Assembly (NCBI GenBank): GCA_028023455.1
Contig: JAQFVV010000006.1
Span: 18,910,001 to 18,974,000 of the forward strand
Length of the DNA stretch: 64,000 bases
Source of the DNA: Epiperipatus broadwayi
Taxonomy: Eukaryota; Animalia; Onychophora
Reading direction: 5' to 3'
A program made the translations under genes and the position numbers. Positions 14,996 to 27,400 of this stretch are shown here, piece after piece; the first letter of the stretch is position 1; each line of letters starts with the position of its first letter. The notes under the pieces were generated by a model. The model was not told the origin of the DNA, did not search any database, and saw only the letters and a list, made by a program, of their open reading frames with translations.

Positions 14996-16240
14996 AAAGG
15001 CAACATTCAGTAGAAATTTTATATACTTATCTATGTAGTTCCTCCTGATTTCTCTACTTTTTCTAAGAGAGAAAAGTTTCATTAGTGGTTTCCATACATT
15101 ATGCATAGTCAACACTATGTTGATTTATGAGGTTGTTTGCCATTGTCATGTGAGCAGCTTCTTTAAATATTCTTCTTTGTACCATTTCTTCTTTATCCAA
15201 TATTTTTGTATTTTCCCAGTTGAACATGTGTTCATTAATACTACATACATAGTCTACTATCTTAGACACATCTGTTTTCTTCCTTCTTATCATCAGTTTG
15301 GGTTCTTGCAAGTGCTTTTCAATGGGATGACTAGTCTTACTAATATATGTTCTTCCACATTCACATATTCAGCATTTCAAATTTAGGCTTTGTAGATGCT
15401 ATAATCCCTCATAGTGTGGTATGGCTCTGGAAAGCTGTTCTGATGTTATAGTGAGTGCAGAATTTCCTTAATTTGTCTATTTTTGGTATGTATGGGTACA
15501 CTACAGTACCACTAATTGTTTTTTTATTATCTTTTGATGGTTCTTTTTGGTGTCTATTTAAGGTTTTCTTAATAACAGCTGATGGATAACCATTTTTCAT
15601 AAGAGTTTTTCTATATAGATCTTTTCTTTTTTCAAATTTCTGGTTTCTAAACAAACTTTTTTTGCTCTGTTCCATAGTGATGATATAACTCCTTGTTTTG
15701 TATTGGCTAAGTATTTTCCTGTATGTGTGGATTTTCTGTAAACTCTAGTTTTGATTTTGTCATGAGGCTATCTTTCACAAGAACATCTAAGAATGCCAAT
15801 TTTTGTTCTTGTTCTGATTCTATTGTGAATTTAATTGAAGGGTATATGTTATTCATATATTTCCAGAAAATTTGTAGTAGGGCTTCTCCATGTGGCCATA
15901 CAACAAATGTATCATTGACATAGCAAAGCCAAACTTTAGATTGATATGTAGGAGTCTTTATGGCTGAGGGTTTAAGTTCTTGCATGTAAATATTGCTGAT
16001 CAGGCGTGACAGTGGTGAGTCCATAGTCATTCCTTAATTTTGTTAGAAGAATTCTGTGTTATATTGAAAGCAGGTTGTTTTTATGCAGAATGATAATGGC
16101 AAGTAACCCCATAAGTCAACCTAATGTGACTAAACATAATGTATGGAAACTACTAATCAACTTTGCTCTTAGGAAAAAGTGAAGAAATCAGGAGGAACCT
16201 CATAGATAATAATATGAAATTTCTACTAACTGTTGCCTTT

Positions 16241-16326
16241 GGCAGGATGGCTCAGTTGGTTAGAGTGCTATCTTAAAAATTCAATATTCAATAATCTAAG
16301 AGTCCAGGTTCAATTCCCATGCTAGT
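16241..16326 (+). ncRNA. tRNA-like (Phe-like) Pol III module inside the Penelope terminal repeat; not a functional tRNA
   Basis: A box TGGCTCAGTTGG and B box GGTTCAATTCCC; extra AT-rich insert in the anticodon region; poor acceptor stem. Confidence 0.7.
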
Positions 16327-16346
16327 ACTATCACTGATCAGGCTAG

Positions 16347-16394
16347 CGACACCTGAAGAAGAGGGGAGAATAATACATCTCGAAACATTGTGCA
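16347..16394 (+). ncRNA. Degenerate minimal hammerhead ribozyme motif (PLE type)
   Basis: CAC-CTGAAGA-A-GAG..CTC-GAAA-CATT-GTG; core boxes intact, stem III/cleavage triplet decayed. Confidence 0.65.
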
Positions 16395-16631
16395 TATATT
16401 AACCTGTGTGGTATATACTAACAGTTGAATGTATTTGGAATATTTAAATAAAGTCAAATTTTTCTAAATGATGTAAATTGTCCAATTTATAAATACAAAT
16501 AGTAGGTATGTTATTTATGAGACAAGTAGCTTGAAAAATGTTGTAGGCTTTTTTGGATACTTTCCATTTCTAGCTGCATTTGAATTTAGGGTCACAGACA
16601 TAGTAAATATATAATTATTTTAATAGCGATT

Positions 16632-16895
16632 ACTTATTACAAGAGAGACCTCTACAAATCTAAATGCAAGATTCGACTTTATAAAGACGAGCGCCCACTC
16701 TTATCTTCAACCTATTTTTCTATATATATAGGCAAATCTAAAGAGTGGGCCACTCTTGTCTTTATAAAGTTGAATCTTGCATTTAGATTTGTAAAGGTCT
16801 CTCTTGTAATGAATTAAGTACTCAAGGCGCATGTACTAAGGTTTTAGCCTTATTTAAGTATTACGTGCTGACATTGCGCTTAATAAGAATTAATA
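16632..16895. mobile_element. Fold-back element (~68-bp arms) plus unpaired tail, flanked by a 13-bp direct repeat
   Basis: Arms 16636-~16702 and ~16740-16810, with 2 mismatches in the outer 53 bp; tttaatagcgatt at 16619-16631 and 16896-16908. Confidence 0.75.
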
Positions 16896-19210
16896 TTTAA
16901 TAGCGATTGAAAAGTTCTTTTTTAAAAAAAAAATTAGTTTTTAAACTTAAGAACTTTAAAACATGCTGGAGCAAAGAGTGGAAATATTGTTAGTAGATAT
17001 TTTATCTGTAGGACTTATATTCTAAATTTCCAGTGAACATATTGTAGACGTTTATAGGCTTAAATACAATATAAATACTTTTATTTTAATTGTTTTATTT
17101 TCCGGCTTTCCTTATTTGTACATATGAGTTATATAACACAATTTATCAATTATTTCTAAGAATGTTCCATAAACGAAGAATCTGTGCATTTTAATTTCTC
17201 TAAGGGATCCAATTCTTCTACAAACAATTTGCAATAATAATTGCAAATTTCAAAATCATTATAAAGGAGCAATATCTTTATAAATGAAAATCATTTTAAA
17301 CTATTCAACTGTAATAAACTTATAGTGAAAATATAATAAACTTGGAGTACATTTAAATAAGGTAATCAGATAATTTAATATATCAGAGTTCCAAAGAAAG
17401 TTATTTATAATTAATAATAACGTCTAACTTTACTTATATTGTTAATTAATTCACTGCTTTATTTAAAGTTCATATAATTAAGACGAGTAAAAAGACAAAC
17501 ACATTCTTACATAATTTGCTGATTCTATACAGATGACTTCTTAGAGGCATTTCTTCCAAGATAATAAGCAAATTTCCAATAAGATGTAGAACTTATATCC
17601 CGTTTAGATTATATAGCCAGTGCAGAATATTCTATATACCACAAGACCTTTATTAAATAATAATAATAATTGATATCATTGTTTATTTTAAATCATTTGC
17701 CCAAAATCAGATTAAGAATAGTGCACCCAATCAATAACATTTGATCACTATTTGATGATGATTGACTATTGCGTACTGTGTTCATTTTCATTAAGCTACA
17801 TTGTAAATTTTATTAAGCACATTACATCATTTCATTTGCAAACAAAACTTGTTAGAATGCATTCTTCTTGTATCTATATGCCTTATTGCTAACTAAGTAA
17901 AGAAGGAGCAATATGTCTGGTTAGGATTAGCAACATGTTTAATTTTTCTAAATTAATCATTTTTAGACGCAGTAGTGCTTGAGAAGTGTACTAATATAAT
18001 AGGTAGGAAAATAGTTTCACATATTATATTGCCAGCAGTGATTTTTCCAGATCTTCCAAAAAGAAATCAAGAGATTCATTACACAGTGAATTGCCAGTTA
18101 ATGAAAAAAATGGTGGCTTCTTTTTCTTGTGTCATCTTGTACCTGAAAATATGTAGATATCCATTTAGTAATAAATAACTGAATGCTAGCTAGATTAGTT
18201 ATGGATTGGCTGCCAAACAGAAAAATTCTAAAAAAATTTGTGACCTGAAAAAATTTCCAAATTTCATAATGGCCCAAGTTGTGTGCATGGTAGGCTGATA
18301 GAGCTAAATACTATATTTAAAGATAAATTATTAATAATACTATTACATTGTGTTTCATACATCTACTATTTTAATATGAATACTTCATTCTTTTAACTTA
18401 ATATGATTATAAGAATGTTATGTATGTTTAAATACATAGACATAAAATAGTTATTTGTCATAGGATGATGTACACACACACACATATATATATATATATT
18501 ATCCTATTACAATTAACCATTTTATTTGTATGTATTTAAACATACATCCACATACATAACAAAGAACAAGACCAGACTTTCTTTTTTAATTAGTCAAATA
18601 CCATTAATTATAAATTCAAGTAATTAACTGAATCTTAAATTCTCATTAATAAAGCTAAAAGCCAAAAACCATTCTAAGAAGGGGATTAATAAATTGCACT
18701 ACCATATAATAATCAGTAGTTTTCAAGCTTGCAACAGATGGTATTAGAGTAGTAGTAGAAAAAGACTGATCTTGTTTATCTAGATTATTAGATTAATATA
18801 TACACTTTAAAATATATATATATTTAATAAAGTTTTTTATATAATTTTATTTCCTGCCTCATTAATGTATTTATGAAATAAAACTAACAAAATGTCATAT
18901 CTACACATTATATAAACATATGTACTACTTTGTGAATAATTTAACAAACTCTCATCACCTGTATGTCAACAAACTATAAAGAATAAAATGAACTTTGTAT
19001 TCCTTCTACTTTCAATGGTAATAAACTTACTTTGCTAGATGTATTGAAATTTCCATGTGGAAATCCAGATGTATGACATAGTTAATTATGAAACCATACT
19101 TATTAATTAAATAAAGAATAGATGCCGTATTTCTCATTTTTTAATGAATTTTGCATTGATAATCAGTTAGAAGCTAAATAATTATAAATGTGCACTGCAT
19201 TGATGTACAT

Positions 19211-20424
19211 CAGGGATGACCAAACTTTTAGAAATTGTGGGAGACTTTTGGTGAAAGTGTATCTGAAGGTGACTACGTTTTTTTTTTTTCAGGATTTTGA
19301 ATCGGAAACCAGAAAAATTTTGCACCATTTTTAGTTGCATTTTCGCTGTTTTACGCTTATTTTATCATAAATTTGTAGCATTATAAGTATTTTAATTCCA
19401 AAATATGATATTGGCAGTATTTTTCACAAAAAAAAAATGATTTCTGTTTGTGGTCTATTGTATATAGTCCTGCCTCTTTTCCCTCAAAGCACTGACTGTC
19501 AACTTTGGCTATTGTTCTCCAGGCATTTCTAACTGTCAAACCAAAATGTTTTATGCTTTTGTAATAGATTTTGAACATAAATAAATATGTTTCTCGTCAT
19601 TTTTTTATGTTCATAATTAAGTTTTTATATTAATTTATCTAAATGTAAAGTCTGATTCAAAAATTTTTAAACTTTACTAGAAAAATAATGAAGGGAAAGT
19701 GAATAACGCTTGATTTCTATTCGAGTCAAGTGAATAATGTTGACAGCTATTTTCATATCAATGGCATTCGGTGATAGCTAGCAAAACGAAACTATTTTTC
19801 ATAAATATTTATGGATTTTATTATTACTTTTTACACTATATTGATGAATAACGTAGTTCGATTTAGAATTTTATTTAAAATATATAATGACGAAGAAAAG
19901 ACAATAGAAGTGAATAATTTGCTATTATAATTTCTAAGACACAAGAAATCACTGGCATTTTCTCATAATGATTTCCTTTGTTTTACTGCAGTCTATTTTT
20001 CATATGTTTTTTCTTCAGTTATTAACATTATTTTAAATTTTTCATCATCTTTAACCAATTTAAATGTAAAATAATTCAATTTTTAGAAAGTAAATTAAAA
20101 CAATTTGATTATAGTACATTAATATATTTCAGAAAGGAAACTGGCTAGATCCATATTTAATGACTCAAATCACTCAAAATTTTACTCAATCTGGCCAATA
20201 AGAAAATTCATTTGACAAAAGATTAAATTATCTCAGTTCCTGTTAGTATTATAATTTTCCCATGTCGCTTTATAAAATATTTATTAAATTACAATTTTAA
20301 ATTACCTATAAATAATTATTTTCTAAAGCTGTTCCTGAATTTTAAAAAAAATTCAAGAAAAAAAAAAAAAGAAATTATGAGGTCAACTTCCAGAGACATC
20401 ACGATCGACATCTTGGACACCTTG
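19211..20424. mobile_element. hAT-type non-autonomous element
   Basis: Left end CAGGGATGACCAAACTTT; right end gatcgac...ttggacaccttg; imperfect 8-bp flanks atgtacat / atatatat. Confidence 0.55.
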
Positions 20425-20992
20425 ATATATATGAAATAGAATTGGAGCTAATTAAGTTCCCTCTAGCTGTTAATAATTAAACCTGTCACTTTTACATCAG
20501 CAAATTATCAATAAAATTGGTTGTCTGTCCTTGCATTTAAGCTTATTGTGTTGAAATTTCAAAATGGAAATAATATTTAAACCAGATGTAAATTGGCATT
20601 ATTAATTACGAAATCATAATTAAACAAAAGATAGAGATTGTATCTCATTTTTCTTTATAGTTTGCTGATGTAAAGGTGAAGGTTTTGTTTAGTTATTTAC
20701 AGCCAGAGAGAGAATTTGTACCTAGCACACTTGATTTAACATATTTATTTGCACCCATCTTACTCTCTAATTTTAATTTTTAAATTAGTTTACAGTTTGT
20801 ATTTATTTATTTTAATTTCTTTAATAAATAATTTTATTCATTTGATCGAATTGTTTTTGTTTGTTTTTATTTCCTTAGCTCAGAAGCAATCCAAGAATTT
20901 TTAATTTTGAACTCATAACTATACTGTGCTCTGCATTTCAATAATGAAATACATACTTCCAAGATTTACAAAATCTGATAATTGCTTTTTCA

Positions 20993-21012
20993 GTGTGTGT
21001 GTGTGTGTGTGT
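20993..21012. repeat. (GT)10 microsatellite
   Basis: Directly visible. Confidence 0.9.
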
Positions 21013-23222
21013 TCAAATGTCAATTTCAGCTTTTTTCTTTCAAATTTGTATTCAAGATAAAATAATAAAAATTTGTAAACTTATTATTTGAAATAAAATC
21101 AAAAAACATCACGATCTTTAGTTCTACTCTATTACTGCCATCTTCTGTAAGTTTAAATAATCAATATTGTAGTATTTATTAAATTCATAACTCGTGCTAC
21201 CCTATTCATATATCTAGATTAGTTTTTGATTCATAGCTTTTTCCAGGAGACTTGGGATTAGGATTAGCTATTGTAAGCTTGAGTAATCAATAGATCCTAG
21301 ATGGTAATACTTTTAAAATCTATATCCAGTGATATTTTATTTACATATCAGATTAATTTTTAGCTAGATTTGTGGGATATGAATAGGATAACACTGGATA
21401 TGGGTTTAATAAATTCTATCATCTAATGTCTGTTATTACCCAAAATGACAGCATTATATATCTGTCATAGATTCACAATAACCTGTTGTTGTTTTTTAAA
21501 CCTATTTGTATTATTTCATAGAACATACTTATAAATGTTAATTAGTTATATATTAAAAATAATTAATACTTGGCCTAATGATAAAATAATTTTAAAATGA
21601 GCAGAAGTTTCTATTCTAATTCCTGATTGAGAATTATAAAAAATCAGGCCAATTATTTAATATGGGGATATTATTAATAACGCTACAGCAAACATGAAAA
21701 CGCCAATGATATTCATAAAATCATTCCTACCCTCACTCCCTAAAGGTTGTTAAAAAGGTATTTCTATGCAGTGGGTTACGCAAAGATGCTTTTTTCACCC
21801 ATGTATATATATGATTGATATTATCCCAATGGCCATTATTTTTATTCATATATTTATAATAAGGAAGAATTAAAAGGCAGAAATATATATATATCTTTAA
21901 CCATTTACTTAAGTATAAATTATCACATATATCCGAGAATTTATTTATATACTGTAATAGGAAAATATATACATGGCATCGTCATTTTTTGCTTACCTCA
22001 GCTAGTTATTTGGAAGAAGTGACTAACTCTTAATGCCCGCCTGATGATTCATGGAGTGCACGTCATGTGATCAAAGAGTTTGCTTTGTGGTTAACTTAAT
22101 ATTTTTAGTTTACACAATCGTATTTATTTAAGATTGTTTTACGAAAATAAATAAATGAATAAGCTTTTTTTGTTGTTTGAGATAAATGTAAAGTGAAATT
22201 CTTTGCCCGAAAATGATGGCGAGTATTTTAAACTTTTTAAATTTTACTATTTAAATTTTGTGCTTTATACTTTAATAACGTTTACGTAGTATTTTTTTTT
22301 AATTCTGTCTTTGTCACTATGTAATTAGAGGTAATGTATGTATTCTTTATATAAAGATCTTATAAGAGACGATGAAAATGTGTAGGCGTGAATGTGTGAA
22401 AGACAGGTAGCAAGAGATATTAATTCTCTATCTGTCACTCATCTACAACTGAAATTGAATGATCATTAAAAATAGATATCTTTATAATTAATTTGTATTT
22501 AACGTATTATTACTAAATCATTAAAAACAATTTCATATCAGTTTATTCATATCTGGTGACAATATTATAGCTGTTTTATTATTAATATCCTTTGAGTTTT
22601 CTCTAATGAAACAAGTGTTATGAGAAACAAAAAATAAATTCAGTGCTCTTTATTTTCTTAGCCATTAGATTACAAAGGGAGTTACGGCTGGCTTTGAAAT
22701 TATCATTTGTTTCTCCAATATACAGTTTTAAAAAGAAAATGTCAATTAATAATCAATAATTCTGGAATAGTAGATAATCTAAAAATTATTATTTTTGTCA
22801 AGCTAAGATAGTGATAATTTTCCAACAGTTAACAGACACATATATAGCAGAATTACATGTTTATTTCTGTCAGGACACTTCAAATTGATTATTACTACTC
22901 TGTTAAATTTTCAAATTCATTATTTCATCACATATATATATCTCAATGGTGGCAGAATTTAGTTGAGACATATTTGACTGATCAGCAAAATATAAGGGGA
23001 TCATTACTTAAATTATGTCTGTAAAATCCATGTTATAGAATAGAACTCCTAATGTGTAATGAATTAATTGTTTGATGCCATGACATAGTGGACTGGAGCC
23101 CAACTTTGTCACTTCTGCTGTTTGAACTTCTTATGAATTTCTCAATAGTAAACCTGTAGAGTTTTGTAAAAATGGCACACATTTATGTGCACTCCAGAAA
23201 AACTAGAATTTATTCGAGAGGT

Positions 23223-23870
23223 TGTTTTAGATCGCACGCTGATAACTGTGGAATTTAATTAAGACATTGACGTAATGGCGATCGACAATTCCAAGAGATA
23301 TTTGCTGATTGCAAATATTTCTAGATAAGAGACGATACCTTATTGGATGGTATATTAATTGTTGCAGTTATCAGAAAGCGATAAGAAGACTGGTAACAAC
23401 TACGCAGGGCAGTAATTAGAGGACAACTCTAGTAGAGAGCAGTCACGCAGTATTTGAGTAGGCAGTGATTTGAGTATAACTACAGTAGAGATATCTCGCA
23501 TCAGTGCTTGCGGTTAATGACCAACGCCCAGTGGAAATGTAGTCCATGGGTGTAGCTGAAAGAGCCCACAGAGATGGGGAGACCGCAGTGGAGATATTGA
23601 GAGCATTCATTGCAGACCGTTCATTGGAGAGCATCCATTTTCAGAGCATTCGTTGCAGAGCATCCGTGGCAGAGCATTTGTTGCAGACCATTCATTGCAG
23701 AGAATACAGAGTGTATTCAGAGCATCCATTGCAGACCATTCATTGGAGAGCATCCGCAGCAGAGCATTCGTTGCAAGAGAACATCGTGGGAATTGAACAT
23801 AGTTATTTGCTGACCGCACAGTCATACTTGCGGATATAACATTGGCACAGTCAGACTGACGGATATAACA
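23223..23870 (+). mobile_element. LTR-like GC/CpG-rich insertion with internal minisatellite
   Basis: TGT...ACA termini with imperfect terminal inversion (tgttttagatcgc / gcggatataaca); PBS-like ttggcacagtcag after 23841; no TSD found. Confidence 0.5.
23599..23785. repeat. Minisatellite, ~13 degenerate 13-14-bp units (consensus gcagagcattcgtt)
   Basis: Units visible directly; higher-order repeat gcagacc(g/a)ttcattggagagcatcc occurs twice. Confidence 0.9.
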
Positions 23871-24419
23871 AAACCATTTGACTGTTTATCTATCTTCATA
23901 TTGGAAATACTTTCCTTCTTATAGCTAATGAAAATAAAAGCTTGCCTTTCCGTAAGCAAAAATGGTAGAATGGTGGACAAATCATAATTTGGCTCTGTTA
24001 CTTCTAGTGCTCAAACATCAATGATGAGACATCCCAAGGGACAAACCATTCCATTATTTATTTTAACAAATTAAAGCAATAATATATGATAAATCTGGAT
24101 ATTCTTCTGGTTCCTTTTTTTTTTTTGCTTTTTATGTTTGTTTTATTTTTTGCAAATGGCCATACTTTTATGAAATGTGATTTTTATAAATGCTTTTTCC
24201 TTCATTTATTTTCATGATCTATGAAAATTACAAATTTTATGAGTTCCTCACTTGACCTCTGTAGTTTTTTATTATCTGATTGATTTTCTAACTCAGGTTA
24301 CTGCTTTCATGAGCATTATGACTCATATAATTATCATCATAGTCTATAAACAATAGTTCTAAAATTATTTATCGTGAATACAGAAATTTAGTTCATTCTG
24401 ATGTCCAGTTTTATTGATT

Positions 24420-27400
24420 CATCATCATCATTATCAATCCACTACAGGATGAAGGTCTCTCCAAGTTTAATCCATCTTCTCTGATCTTCAGCTTCTCTTC
24501 TCCACATCACACCTGCACACTTTCTTATTTCATCCATCCATCTCACATGTGGTCTCTTTCTGGGTCTTTTACAATCTCTTGGAATCCAGTTTAAAATTTC
24601 AATTGTCCATCTATTATCATCTCTTCTAGCAATATGACCAGCCCAACTCCACTTCAATCTTTTAATTTTTTCAATGAGGTCAGTAACACCTGTTTGTTCT
24701 CTTATCTATACATTGTGTTTTCGATCTCTTCTTGTTACTCCCAACATAAATCTCTCCATACTTCTTTGAATGGTCTGAAGTCTCTGTATTGCTCTTCTAT
24801 TAAGTGTCCAAGTCTCAGATCCATAAGTAAGAACTGGTAAAACACATTTGTTAAAGACCTTCCTTTTCAAACACATAGGCATATTTCCTTTTAGTATCAA
24901 ATTATTTCTACCAAAAGCACTCCAACCAAGTTTAATTCTATGATTAATTTCCTCCATTATGTTTTCATCTGTATTAATAATCTGACCAAGGTATTTGTAA
25001 CTGTTAACTTCTTCTAATTCATCATAATCAATCTTTATTTTCATATTTTGAGCAAATCGATTAAACATTACTTTAGTCTTTTTAACATTTATCTTTAATC
25101 CTACTTTCATCTGATAATTCCTGCAACATATCCTGCAGCTCTGAAGCATTATTTGCAAAAACAACTACATCATCTGCGAAATCTAAATGACTTAAATAAT
25201 CTCCATTTACTTTCACTCCTTTAGTTTCCCATTTTAATCCACAAAATACTTCTTGCAGCACTGCTGTAAAAAGTTTTGGAGATATGGAGTCACCTTGTCT
25301 TACACCTTTCTCAATATTCACTTTCCCAGTATCATTATGTAATCTAATTGTTGCTGTTGCATTTTTATAAATATTCTTCAAAATACGACAATATCCTGGA
25401 TCTATACCTTGATGATCCAATGCTTTAATCACTGAAGAAATGTTTATAGAATCAAATGCCTTTTCATAATCTACAAATCCAAAACATAATGACAACTCAT
25501 ATTCATTTGTCCTTTCTATAACTTCTCTCAACACCTGGATATGATCTACTGTACTAAAACCACTTTTAAATTCAGCTTGTTCTCTTGGTTGGTGAAAATC
25601 CAATGTTCTCTGTAGACGAGTTGTAATTATCTTGGTAAAAATTTTATATAAAACTGATAAAAGGCTGATAGGTCTGTAATTTCTAATATCTTCTTTATCA
25701 CCTTTTTTAAATATTAATATTATTACTGCATTCTTCCAATCATCCGGTACATCTTTATCATTTAGACATTTGGTATATAACTTTGCTAAAAAATTTTCTA
25801 TTTCTTCACCTGCTTTTTTTAATATATCAGTTATAATTCCATCATTACCTGGAGCCTTTCCCTTCTTCATACATTTAATTACGTGTCTCACTTCTTCATT
25901 TAAAATTCTGGGCGATTCGGAAGATGTAATAGATATAGGAGGTACTTGTTCTTTATTACTATATAATTCTTGATAAAAATCTTCTACCAATTTCATGATG
26001 TCATCTCTTTTTTTAGTAATAATTCCATCTTTTTTCTTATTGCAGATATAAATTTCCTACCAATACCAAAATGTTGTGTTACATTCTTAAGACTTTTATT
26101 TTCTTCTACAGCTTTCCTTGCTAGTTCACAATTATACTTTCTTATATCATTTTCAACTCTTTTCTGCACCATTTTACAATATTCGAGATATTCAATTCTT
26201 TTTAATGCATCATTTTTGTATATCTTCATATTCCTTCTTTTCTTCATAAATTCTCTAGTCTCAGTAGAAATTTTATTGGTCAATTGCTGCTTTTTTCTAC
26301 CAGCTATCTTTGTTGCAGTTTTTAAAAGTGTATCAGTTATTTTCATATTAATTTCATTCAAATCTGAATCATGCTCAAAATCTACTAATATTTGAAATCA
26401 ATTTCTAAGTTCTAATTTAAATTCATTAGAATGTTTCTGAAGATTAGGAATATCAACTGTAAATATTGTTTTTCTTAATAATTTTTGTCTCTCTAGTTTC
26501 ACATTAACATGTATCTTACACCTTACTAATCGATGATCACCTCCTGTGTTAAATTTATTAAGAACATTACAATCTTGAAATATGTATTTCCTATTAGTCA
26601 AAATATAATCCAATTCTGCTGTATCTTCATTTGGATGCTTCCATGTCTATTTCCTTTTAACATTTTTCTCAAAAAAAGAATTTATAATATAAAGTTTTTC
26701 TTTTTCTGCAAACTCCACAAGTCTATGGCCTCTCTCATTTCTATTACCATAACCAAAATTACCTAAAACACTTTCATCTTTCATTTGTTTACCAATTCTA
26801 GCATTAAAGTCTCCCATAACAATTTTAAAATGTTGTTTACTCTGATCAAAAGCCTTTTGTACATCCATATAAAAATCTACTACTACTTCATCACTATGAG
26901 AACTTGTTGGGGCATAAACCTGAATTATCTACATTTGATATCTGCTATTAAGTTGTATAACTAATCTTGCCACTCTGTCTGATACACCATCAATCTCCAC
27001 AATATTGTTCTTCCACTTTTTATTTATAATGAATCCTACTCCACTTGTATTTCCAATATTTGTGTCTTTATAATAGAGTATATGTCCACTTTTTAAATCA
27101 ATTGTCTCTTCACCTTTTCTTCTAACTTCACAAAGTCCAATAATATCCCATTTAATATAAGAGAGTTCTTCTTCTAATTCTTGCAATTTTCCTTCACTTG
27201 AAAGTGATCTGCAGTTATAAGTACCTAAATAAAAAGTCGTCATCAAAATGGCAGCCTGGGTCCGCAATCAGGGGATTCTTAGCATCCTCCGCCTTCGGCC
27301 ACCAACCGCTGCCTTGGTTGGTGACTTTACAGCCTCCTGGGAGTAAGGGCCATGCTTTATCTTTGTCTGTCATAATTGTATATATGTATTGGGAAAATAT

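Larger units (their letters stand above)
14767..16468 (-). mobile_element. Penelope-like element (5'-truncated RT + GIY-YIG) with inverted ~380-bp terminal repeats
   Basis: ORFs with MDSPLS..ISNIYM, YVNDTFVVWPHG, SIKFTIE and LAFLDVLV (PLE RT), and FNWENTKIL..E...RR.FKEA (GIY-YIG C-terminus). Inverted repeats at 14767-~15148 and ~16090-16468. Confidence 0.92.

Noticed and set aside
14911-16326. tRNA-like sequences as real tRNA genes
   Set aside because: Acceptor stems do not pair, the anticodon arms are disrupted, and both lie inside Penelope terminal repeats.
17967-18178. Possible exon(s) near the 67-aa ORF
   Set aside because: The implied intron is only ~48 nt, the peptide is not myosin-like, and minus-strand frames from the acceptor all hit stops.
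23599-23785. 14-bp repeat array as CRISPR-like or coding repeat
   Set aside because: No unique spacers, eukaryotic context, and the overlapping ORFs on both strands are by-products of the repeat.
27240-27345. GC-rich RTE 5' UTR stem (GGCAGC/GCTGCC) as the ribozyme
   Set aside because: No P3/L3/J4-2 arrangement could be built; the real fold lies further upstream at 27532-27699.
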